A stretch of 64,000 nucleotides of DNA from an uncultured Chitinophaga sp. (GTDB taxonomy: Bacteria; Bacteroidota; Bacteroidia; Chitinophagales; Chitinophagaceae). Position 1 is the first letter of the stretch. Each line of letters opens with the position of its first letter. The stretch covers positions 187 through 64,186 of the forward strand of contig CAZGGQ010000025.1 in assembly GCA_964525285.1 (NCBI GenBank), given 5' to 3'. Under the pieces are notes generated by a model. That model made no database searches and was not told the DNA's origin. It saw only the letters and a program-made list of their open reading frames with translations. A program made the translations under genes and the position numbers. Positions 17,143 through 25,094 of the stretch are shown here, one piece after another.

Positions 17143-18426
17143 TTAATGATGATGTGGTTTAAACACTGTTTTAAAACCAAATTTTTTGTGCATCCAGACC
17201 GCCCATGCTTCATAAAAATAAATTACATCAACTGCCAGGACAATTACAATCAAACTCATTTTCATATCCACTTTCAGCCTGTATTTATCATACAAATAAA
17301 TACCCAGCCACACAAAAAATAAAGCCGAAAGCACCTGGGCAATTTTTGCAGCCAGGTGAAACCAGATATGGCTTTCCAGGTAATAATGAATAAAGAACGA
17401 CATATGCAGCCAGCATACCAGGATGGCCAGCAGCAAATTTCCCCATAAAGGTACTTTTTTTATATAGTTTTTCTCAAGTACCATAGAAATAATGTTGGCA
17501 TGTACAAATATCCCGTTCATATCAGGCCATGATTTCCCTGCAAATTTCTCATTCATGGGTGTAAACTTCTTATCATCAATATCAGTTGGTTCTATATTTA
17601 CATAAGCCAGTAAGGCTATTTTACCATCTATGACAGAAGAATCAATATCCTGAATAAGCAGATCTTCCCCTTCTATGAGGAAGTATTGTTTTTTTCTATC
17701 GGTAACTGTACGGGTATAGTTAATGATCAGCCTTTTGTCAGCCTTTTCTTCAATTTTTTTGTAAGCAGTACTGTCATAGAGTTTAACAAGGGTGGAAGAG
17801 AAAGAAGGCAAAATTAATTGTTTGTCTTTATCATCTTTTTTGAAGGGGTGATATGCCCTGACAGTTTCTTTATCATCGTTAGGGAAATTCACATACCCGT
17901 ATTGGCTTCCATCTTTCAAAAAGAAATTTTCGGCTGCAATGAGTTTGTCAGTTGAATCCACCAGGTATTTTGCAGCCAGTACCAGGTTTTTGTTTCTTCT
18001 TATTGTTTCTCTGAGTATGGAATCTTTAATGGGATCCCTGGCCCCATTAAAAGTTACATCAAGACCCATTACTTTAGGTTTAAAGGATGCCACTTTATCT
18101 ATCATCAGGGCAATACCTTCCCTGTCTGCATTGCCAATATTTATTACTACAATGTTGCTGTCAAGTGGAGTGTTCTGTGATTTTCCCAATTTGGAATAGC
18201 TGATATCATTGAAATCAAAATCCTTTAACCCAAGTTTAAGAGGGTTCATAATTCCCAGGTTAAGCGGAATGGAACCTAAAGCAACAATGAAAATAAATAC
18301 CCAAATGGTCGCAAAAATTGTATCCTTTTCATAAAGGTATTTGGTAACCCGGCCATGCACTTTCCTGGCATGGTGCCTGAAACCTTTTTTTGCTGGCTTT
18401 TGCTCGTTTTCCGGCTGATGTGTCAT
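17143..18426 (-). CDS. CHASE2 domain-containing membrane protein (no recognisable output domain)
   Basis: N-terminal TM, then DISYSKL...NIVVINIGNADREGIALMIDKVASFKPKVMGLDVTF (CHASE2 pattern), with three or four C-terminal TM helices. Confidence 0.7.
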   Translation of the reverse strand: MTHQPENEQKPAKKGFRHHARKVHGRVTKYLYEKDTIFATIWVFIFIVALGSIPLNLGIMNPLKLGLKDFDFNDISYSKLGKSQNTPLDSNIVVINIGNADREGIALMIDKVASFKPKVMGLDVTFNGARDPIKDSILRETIRRNKNLVLAAKYLVDSTDKLIAAENFFLKDGSQYGYVNFPNDDKETVRAYHPFKKDDKDKQLILPSFSSTLVKLYDSTAYKKIEEKADKRLIINYTRTVTDRKKQYFLIEGEDLLIQDIDSSVIDGKIALLAYVNIEPTDIDDKKFTPMNEKFAGKSWPDMNGIFVHANIISMVLEKNYIKKVPLWGNLLLAILVCWLHMSFFIHYYLESHIWFHLAAKIAQVLSALFFVWLGIYLYDKYRLKVDMKMSLIVIVLAVDVIYFYEAWAVWMHKKFGFKTVFKPHHH

Positions 18427-18582
18427 AGACTTTTTAATGATAGGATAAACATATGATGGGTTGCAACTAATTGCATTTAATAATTATCTGTCAGTTCATG
18501 ACCTGCCAGGGGAATCAATTAGTTTCAAAAAGGAATGATTAGCGATATTCCCCTGCAAATCCGTAAATTAGAGGTCGAATTT

Positions 18583-21500
18583 ATGCCAAAAAACCTTTCC
18601 ATAGTTCTAGGGGGCCTGTTATTTGCGGCTACCAGCCTGACTGCATACGGTCAGTCCCCACCCAAACCAAGAGATTCTACCATCGTTGGCCCGCAAACTT
18701 TTGCCATGATCATGGGTATTTCAAGCTACAAATATGTTCGCCCACTCACCTATGCAGACAAGGATGCCGAGATGTTCAAGGATTATCTCAAATCACCGGG
18801 TGGAGGTAAACTCAGCGAAGACAATATTTACTGCCTGCTTAATGAACAGGCCACTCTTGCCAATTTTTATTCAAAAGGGTTTCAATGGCTGAAAATAAAG
18901 AAGCTGCAAATGGGCGACCGGCTTTTCATTTACCTGGCCGGGCACGGTGATGCTATTGACGAGGACCAGTTTTTCTATCTTGCTTATGACTGTAACCCTG
19001 CGGGTGATAAAAATAACTACCTCGTTGGCGGCGCTATTCAATTATTTAACCTGAAAAAAAAGATAGCGTCTGAAACAGCCAAAGGGGTTGAAGTGTATTT
19101 TATTATGGATGCCTGCCGCACCAGCGAATTGCCGGGGGGAACAGAAGGACAGAACTTTTTGAATTCCGCTATTTCAGAAAAGAAAGCCGGCGAAGTCATC
19201 ATGCTGGCAACAGGCGCCGGGCAGGAGTCGCTGGAAGATGCAACGATCGGAGCCGGGCACGGACTGTTTACCTATTATCTTGTTGATGGATTGAGCGGGG
19301 TTGCCGATTCATCCGGAACAGTTGATAATAAAATAACCCTTGAAGAAATACAAAAGTATGTAGATAAGAATGTACCGGCTGTGGCACAGCAGCGGTTCAA
19401 AAGGAAACAAGACCCGTTTTTTTGTTGCAATGAGAACAGCAGTAAAGTAGTCAGTATTGTAGATACTGCTTATTTGAGGAAATGGCTGCAGCTGAAAAAA
19501 TTGCAGACGATGGGAGGAGCATCCGCAGCTGTTTCACCAAGAGGCCGGGGAATGAGTTTTAATCCCGGCGATACCCTGTTGTTAGAAGCCTATAATTTAT
19601 TTAACAGCGCCATCAAGGAAAGCAAACTCACCGGGAAAGAATCTGCAGAATACTATTATGATCTGATGGCCCGGGATTTTCCGGGAAATTCTTACACGAT
19701 AGATGCCCAATCCACGCTGGCGGTGGAATATATCAACTTTGCTCAAAGCAAGATCAATTTATACCTGGATTGCAAGGATGCTTCATCTGTTCAGAAACTG
19801 CGGGCACAGATAGATGAGGATGAAAAAACGGATGAAATTAACAGCAGCTTTGACCGGATGGAAAAAGTGGCGCAGCAGGAATTTTATGAAGTGGGTAACA
19901 TGCTGGAAAAAGCTATCGGGATCATTATGCCGGATGACCCTGACTTCGCCAGATCACTGATGGGAAGAATGTATTTTTTTAAAGCAAGAGGGTATTTTGG
20001 CAAGAGCCGGAAACTGGTGGATATCAACAATGCTTTTCAGTATGCCTATACTGCCTATGCCTCAGACAAAAATGCAGCCTATATTCTTAACACCCTTTCA
20101 AATCTTCATTTGGATAACAACCGGTATGACAGCGCTATATTTTATGCAAAAAAAGCGATCATTGCTGCACCCAGATGGCGTTATCCATATGTATCACTTG
20201 CTTTTTGTTATAAGACATTAAACAAGCCTGACTCTGCCATAAAATATTACCGTAAGTCTATCGAATTGGAAGTTGAAAATGCAGATGCCTGGGTGGACCT
20301 GGGTCATTATTTTTATACGTTGGGGAAAGCAGATTCTGCTATTGTATATTATGAAAAAGCGCTGACACTGGATCCGCGAAATGTATATGCCAGCAATAAT
20401 ATCGGCTGGCTGGCGCATGACAGGAAGGAATATGAAAAGTCCATCATTTATTTCAAGCAAAGTATTGCCGCTGATCCCAAATTCATAAATGCTTATAACG
20501 GCCTTAGTAAAACTTTCTTTGAAACCGGCCAGTATGACTCGGCAAGAATTTATTATTCAAAAGCTTTTGTCAATTACAAGGATAAGTCAATAGTGAATAA
20601 TTATATCGGTAATTTTTACCGTGACCTGAAAGCATATGATTCTGCCAAGGTATATTACCTGATGGCGGCAACGCTGGACCCTAATTATGAAGAGGCCTTT
20701 AATAATCTTGGTCGTTTCAGTTTTGCCCTGAAACAATACGATTCGGCCAATTATTATTACCGCAGGGCGTTAACAGCTAATCCTTATTCAGCCTATGCGC
20801 TCATTAATATCGGGCTGGTGTTTAAAGAACTGAAATTGCCGGATTCTACTTATAGTTATTTCCAGGAAGCCATAAAATTAGAACCGGGTAATCCATCCAT
20901 CCTCAATAACCTCGGAGCTATTTACGGACAGGATAAGAATTTTGATTCAGCTAAGACATATTTCCGCAGAGCATTATTTCTAAAGCCGGATTACAAACCT
21001 GCTTCAAAAAATCTTTTGAAAATTTTCAGGGAATTAAACGAATTAGATTCCATAACAAACTTCCTGAAAGGTTCGTCCCTGATGGATCCTGAGAGTCCTG
21101 CATTTCTGAGTGACCTGGGCCTTGCATTTCTTGGTCAGAAACGATATGATTCGGCCAGGCTGTATATGAGGAAGGCCATTATAAAGGACCCTCTCAATTC
21201 ACAATTGTATAATAACATGGGAATGGTATGGCAGGGAATGAAACAATATGACTCGGCGAGAGTATATATTCAAAAGGCTTCCCGTATGTCTCCTGACAAC
21301 CTTGTTTACTTACAAAATCTTTCCGGGGCTTTCAGGCAATTGAAGAAACTGGATTCGGCGGTTTTTTATTTTAAAAAACAAATTTTCAAGGAACAGGAAC
21401 CGGGTGTCCAGGCCTTCCTGGATATCGGTAATTTTTTTAACGATATAAAAATGTTTGATTCGGCCATTGCCTATAATAAAAAAGCGATCCAGCTCAATAA

Positions 21501-21915
21501 CAGATCAGTGGCAGCCTATACCCGGACCGGCAATGCATTCCTGAGCCTGGAGATGTATGATTCGGCCCTTGTGTATTTCCGAAGAGGAGAGCAAACAGAT
21601 TCAACTTCATGGCAGGCTGTGCATGGACTCGGGTTGACATTTCATGTCTTGCTGCGCTATGATTCTGCCATTGTTTATTTACAGAGATCTATATTACTTG
21701 ATCCGACAAAAGGTAAGACCTATTTTGAGCTGGGCTGTAGCTATGCTATGAATAACCAACCGGTGCAGGCTATCCTTTTGCTGACCCAGGCCTATGAACG
21801 GGGATATAAAAATACTGATGCATTATTTACAGACCCTGACCTGGAAGGATTAAAGAATCTGAAAGGCTACCAGGATCTGCTGGACAGGTATGTGCCTGAC
21901 TGGAGAAACAGGTAG
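18583..21915 (+). CDS. Secreted caspase-family (peptidase C14) protein fused to a long TPR array
   Basis: Signal peptide MPKNLSIVLGGLLFAATSLTAYG. His site is DRLFIYLAGHGD and Cys site is VYFIMDACRTSE. More than 15 regular 34-aa TPRs follow, each carrying YDSA. Confidence 0.8.
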   Translation: MPKNLSIVLGGLLFAATSLTAYGQSPPKPRDSTIVGPQTFAMIMGISSYKYVRPLTYADKDAEMFKDYLKSPGGGKLSEDNIYCLLNEQATLANFYSKGFQWLKIKKLQMGDRLFIYLAGHGDAIDEDQFFYLAYDCNPAGDKNNYLVGGAIQLFNLKKKIASETAKGVEVYFIMDACRTSELPGGTEGQNFLNSAISEKKAGEVIMLATGAGQESLEDATIGAGHGLFTYYLVDGLSGVADSSGTVDNKITLEEIQKYVDKNVPAVAQQRFKRKQDPFFCCNENSSKVVSIVDTAYLRKWLQLKKLQTMGGASAAVSPRGRGMSFNPGDTLLLEAYNLFNSAIKESKLTGKESAEYYYDLMARDFPGNSYTIDAQSTLAVEYINFAQSKINLYLDCKDASSVQKLRAQIDEDEKTDEINSSFDRMEKVAQQEFYEVGNMLEKAIGIIMPDDPDFARSLMGRMYFFKARGYFGKSRKLVDINNAFQYAYTAYASDKNAAYILNTLSNLHLDNNRYDSAIFYAKKAIIAAPRWRYPYVSLAFCYKTLNKPDSAIKYYRKSIELEVENADAWVDLGHYFYTLGKADSAIVYYEKALTLDPRNVYASNNIGWLAHDRKEYEKSIIYFKQSIAADPKFINAYNGLSKTFFETGQYDSARIYYSKAFVNYKDKSIVNNYIGNFYRDLKAYDSAKVYYLMAATLDPNYEEAFNNLGRFSFALKQYDSANYYYRRALTANPYSAYALINIGLVFKELKLPDSTYSYFQEAIKLEPGNPSILNNLGAIYGQDKNFDSAKTYFRRALFLKPDYKPASKNLLKIFRELNELDSITNFLKGSSLMDPESPAFLSDLGLAFLGQKRYDSARLYMRKAIIKDPLNSQLYNNMGMVWQGMKQYDSARVYIQKASRMSPDNLVYLQNLSGAFRQLKKLDSAVFYFKKQIFKEQEPGVQAFLDIGNFFNDIKMFDSAIAYNKKAIQLNNRSVAAYTRTGNAFLSLEMYDSALVYFRRGEQTDSTSWQAVHGLGLTFHVLLRYDSAIVYLQRSILLDPTKGKTYFELGCSYAMNNQPVQAILLLTQAYERGYKNTDALFTDPDLEGLKNLKGYQDLLDRYVPDWRNR

Positions 21916-21956
21916 CGGTTTTTGCCTTATATTTGCCGCCCAATCACACACTCATT

Positions 21957-22047
21957 GGCCCCTTAGCTCTCCCGATATCTATCGGGATGAATAGAGCGCC
22001 CGACGATACTGTCGGGTAGGTTTCAAGTTTGAATCCTGAAGGGATCA
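21957..22047 (+). tRNA. Aberrant tRNA-Arg-like element (probable pseudo-tRNA)
   Basis: Colinear with the tRNA at 22067. An 18-nt palindrome TCCCGATATCTATCGGGA sits in the D-loop. The anticodon arm is replaced by CCCGAC-GATACT-GTCGGG. There are C3-A70 and A52-C62 mismatches. Confidence 0.5.
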
Positions 22048-22066
22048 TTGAAATAATAAGTAAAAA

Positions 22067-22140
22067 GGCCCCGTAGCTCAATTGAATAGAGCATCTGACT
22101 ACGGATCAGAAGGTTTCAGGTTTGAATCCTGACGGGGTCA
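22067..22140 (+). tRNA. tRNA-Arg (anticodon ACG)
   Basis: Manual cloverleaf: acceptor GGCCCCG/CGGGGTC, D-arm GCTC..GAGC, anticodon stem TCTGA/TCAGA with loop CTACGGA, and T-arm TCAGG-TTTGAAT-CCTGA. No CCA is encoded. Confidence 0.93.
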
Positions 22141-22141
22141 C

Positions 22142-22175
22142 AAAAAAACCTCTCTATTTGGAGAGGTTTTTTATT
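22142..22175. terminator. Bidirectional Rho-independent terminator
   Basis: AAAAAAACCTCTC-TATTTG-GAGAGGTTTTTTAT lies between the tRNA (+) and the convergent membrane-protein gene (-). Confidence 0.75.
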
Positions 22176-22192
22176 TGGGGTCAAAAATATTT

Positions 22193-22945
22193 TTAATTCC
22201 TTTGAAACTTCGATAGCAGGCGAAGTATCTCCAGGTACAACCATACGATCGTAACCAATAAGCCAAATGCACAGTACCACTCCATGAATTTGTTTGCCCT
22301 CAGTTCTACTCCTTTTTCGATGGTGTCAAAATTAAGAAGCAGGTTAAATGCAGCGAGACCAACAACCAATATGGAAAACCCGATCCCCAATGGTGTGGCC
22401 GCGTTTGTAAACGATCCGATCGGTGAACCCATCGCTAAAAAGGTGATCCATTGTATTAAATAGAATACTGCAACAGCAGCAGTTGCCACGACAACCACCG
22501 ACCGTAATTTTTTAGTTACTTTAATGATGCGATAGCGGTAAAGAAGAAACATAATAAGCGTTACCAGCAAGGTCAATGCAACAGCCTGGGTAGGTAACCC
22601 GGGATATGCATAATTATACATAGCAGATATGGAACCTACAAAAAGACCTTCCAGGATTGCATAACCCGGGGCAAGGATTGGAGCCCATTGTTTTTTGATC
22701 ATCATTACAATGGCCAATCCTAATCCGCCAAATACCCCAACCAGCATCAATGGCATAGGATCGCTGCCTTTATCAAACTGGCTCCAGGCAAACAAGGTAG
22801 ATGCGATCATCAGCGCCATCAGAACCCCGAACTTGTTCATAGTTCCTTTCACAGTCATTTCCTGGCCGGTACTGATTCCTTCCAGTATTGTACCCTGGAA
22901 TGATTTTTCCTGCAAGGCAGGATTGCTTGATTTAAAAAGTGCCAT
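22193..22945 (-). CDS. Bax inhibitor-1/YccA-family membrane protein
   Basis: MALFKSSNPALQEKSF N-terminus followed by seven hydrophobic helices. Start trimmed to this ATG. Confidence 0.7.
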   Translation of the reverse strand: MALFKSSNPALQEKSFQGTILEGISTGQEMTVKGTMNKFGVLMALMIASTLFAWSQFDKGSDPMPLMLVGVFGGLGLAIVMMIKKQWAPILAPGYAILEGLFVGSISAMYNYAYPGLPTQAVALTLLVTLIMFLLYRYRIIKVTKKLRSVVVVATAAVAVFYLIQWITFLAMGSPIGSFTNAATPLGIGFSILVVGLAAFNLLLNFDTIEKGVELRANKFMEWYCAFGLLVTIVWLYLEILRLLSKFQRN

Positions 22946-22998
22946 AGTTGAATTTGTTTTAGGGTATAAAAATAGGAAGAAAACTGAAAACCTCATTG

Positions 22999-24927
22999 TT
23001 AATAATGGTGCCGTACAAAGGCCTCCATCGCTGCATAGTGTGTAAGCCCAAGATCAGCATAAAGATTTGCTGTAGAAGCGTTTCTTTCCTCGGCCCTTTG
23101 CCAGAATTCCCTGGAATCGCTTCCCTGGAAAGGCACCATGTCTTTTTGCGACTGGTGAATAAAAATACCGAAACGTTTTTTCATCACCTGGTCGGGGCTC
23201 ATGGGTATGGCCATTTCTATTTCTTCTATATTCCATTCCTGCCAGGCCCCTTTGTATATCCAGAGCCAGCAATCTTTTATCCATTCGTCAGCAGCGGCCT
23301 TGATCCGTTTCAATGCTTCCAGTGCCACATTGAAACAAATAATATGTGTTCCATGCGGGTCAGTAAAATCCCCCGCACAATACACCTGCTGTGGTTTTAT
23401 TTTGCGAAGCAGTTCAATAGTAATCCTGATATCTTTTTCACTCACAGGTTTTTTCTCAATCGTTCCTGTTTCGTAAAATGGAAGATTAAGAAAATGAATG
23501 TTCCCGTCATTAATTCCTACATACCTGCAGGCGGCTTTTGCTTCACCCTGTCTTATCAAACCTTTAATAGAACGGATAGTGGGTGTGTCAACCTGGTTGG
23601 ATCTTTTCCTGGCCAGGAATTTTCTTGCATTGTCTAATATTTTACCTGACTTACTGGTATCAATCCCGGCGATCTCTTCAAAGCCAACGGCGAAATCAAG
23701 AAACCTTGTCACAAATTCATCCGTCACTGCAATATTGCCGCTGGTTTGATACCCCACATGTACGTCATTACCCTGGTCATGTAAACGTTGAAAGGTGCCA
23801 CCCATGGAGATAATATCATCATCCGGGTGAGGGGAGAAGATGATGACTCTTTTTGGATAAGGTGATGATCGTTCAGGATGAGTTGGAAGATGTACATCAG
23901 GTTTCCCGCCCGGCCAGCCGGTGATGGAATCCCGGAGCATATAATATACCTGCAGGTTAATTTCATAGGCATCTCCTTTTTCAACCAGCAGGTCACTAAG
24001 GCCATATTCATTATAATCCGTATTCGTTAAACTTAATACTGGTTTTTTTAATTTCAGCGCCATATTCACCACGGCTTTCTTTATCATTTTTTCTGTCCAG
24101 TCGCAATCACCGGTGAGCCAGGGAGACTTATTTCTTGTAAGCTCCGAAGCTGCAGTTTCATCCACTACAAATGTCACATCATCATGATTCTGCAGCAGCG
24201 AGGCAGGTACCTGTTCGGTGTCATCATCTTCCACCGCTTTTTTAATAACAGTTGCTTTGGAGCTTCCCCATGCCAGCAGGATTATTTTTTTTGACTGAAG
24301 GATGGTACTGATACCCATTGTGAGTGCAAGACGGGGTACCTGGGAAATATTGGCAAACTCGTACGCATTATCAATACGGGTTGAGTTATCGAGTGTTATC
24401 AGTCTTGTTTTTGAATAATAGCCTGAGCCCGGTTCATTGAAACCGATATGCCCGTTATTACCGATACCAAGGATCTGCAGATCAATACCACCTGCATCCT
24501 GTATCATTTTTTCATACTGACGGCAGTATTCTTTTATATCTTCTTTTTTTATTTCGCCATCGGGGATATGGATGTTTTTGGGATTGATATCAATGTGGTC
24601 GAAAAGGTTTGCACGCATAAAGCGGTTGTAACTCTGCAAGGCAACCTTATCGATCGGGTAATATTCATCCAGGTTGAAAGTGATCACATTCCGGAAGCTT
24701 AGTTTTTCGTGTTTATGCATCCAGACCAGTTCTGCATACAGAGATTTGGGTGTGGAACCGGTGGCAAGTCCCAATACAGCTTTTTCTTTCTTTTGTTGTT
24801 TGTCCCGGATAAAAGCAGCGATCTGTTGTGCAACAAACAAAGAACCTTCTTTGGGTGTGGGAAAGATCTTTACGGGTATTTTTTCAAAACTGTCGGATAG
24901 GTCAATCGGGGCAGTTCGTTTCGCCAT
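22999..24927 (-). CDS. nagB: Glucosamine-6-phosphate deaminase, long form with C-terminal LmbE/PIG-L-like domain
   Basis: LGLATGSTP, ITFNLDEY and LGIGNNGHIGFNEPGS (NagB motifs), then IIFSPHPDDDIISMGGT (PIG-L motif). Confidence 0.9.
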   Translation of the reverse strand: MAKRTAPIDLSDSFEKIPVKIFPTPKEGSLFVAQQIAAFIRDKQQKKEKAVLGLATGSTPKSLYAELVWMHKHEKLSFRNVITFNLDEYYPIDKVALQSYNRFMRANLFDHIDINPKNIHIPDGEIKKEDIKEYCRQYEKMIQDAGGIDLQILGIGNNGHIGFNEPGSGYYSKTRLITLDNSTRIDNAYEFANISQVPRLALTMGISTILQSKKIILLAWGSSKATVIKKAVEDDDTEQVPASLLQNHDDVTFVVDETAASELTRNKSPWLTGDCDWTEKMIKKAVVNMALKLKKPVLSLTNTDYNEYGLSDLLVEKGDAYEINLQVYYMLRDSITGWPGGKPDVHLPTHPERSSPYPKRVIIFSPHPDDDIISMGGTFQRLHDQGNDVHVGYQTSGNIAVTDEFVTRFLDFAVGFEEIAGIDTSKSGKILDNARKFLARKRSNQVDTPTIRSIKGLIRQGEAKAACRYVGINDGNIHFLNLPFYETGTIEKKPVSEKDIRITIELLRKIKPQQVYCAGDFTDPHGTHIICFNVALEALKRIKAAADEWIKDCWLWIYKGAWQEWNIEEIEMAIPMSPDQVMKKRFGIFIHQSQKDMVPFQGSDSREFWQRAEERNASTANLYADLGLTHYAAMEAFVRHHY

Positions 24928-24960
24928 TGAAATTGTTTAAGCTGTAAAGATAAAAAATTG

Positions 24961-25090
24961 CCGGGTAGTATCTTGCGGGTTTATGCGGGGCTTGATATTT
25001 CTCGCAAAGACGCTAAGACTCGCAAAGCCGCAAAGGTTTCTTGTAATGCTTAGCGAATTTATGTATACAACTTTGCGACTTTGCGTGAAA
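24961..25090. repeat. CGCAAAG/GTGAAA-type inverted-repeat element, empty copy R3
   Basis: TTTCTCGCAAAGACGCTAAGACTCGCAAAGCCGCAAAGG ... CTTTGCGACTTTGCGTGAAA. Abuts the GH20 stop codon. Confidence 0.7.
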
Positions 25091-25094
25091 TATT

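Noticed and set aside
21957-22047. The 8-nt anticodon loop reading of the tRNA-like element as a quadruplet-decoding frameshift suppressor that might rescue the frameshifted genes nearby.
   Set aside because: The element also has acceptor- and T-stem mismatches and an 18-nt D-loop insertion. The arm folds equally well as a 6-bp stem with a 6-nt loop. The frameshifts in the window are of mixed sign. Nothing in the sequence supports function as a decoder.
21916-22192. The tRNA-Arg locus as an integration site for a genomic island or prophage.
   Set aside because: No integrase, no direct repeat of the tRNA 3' end, and the flanking genes (caspase-TPR upstream, Bax-inhibitor-like and nagB downstream) show no phage or ICE content.
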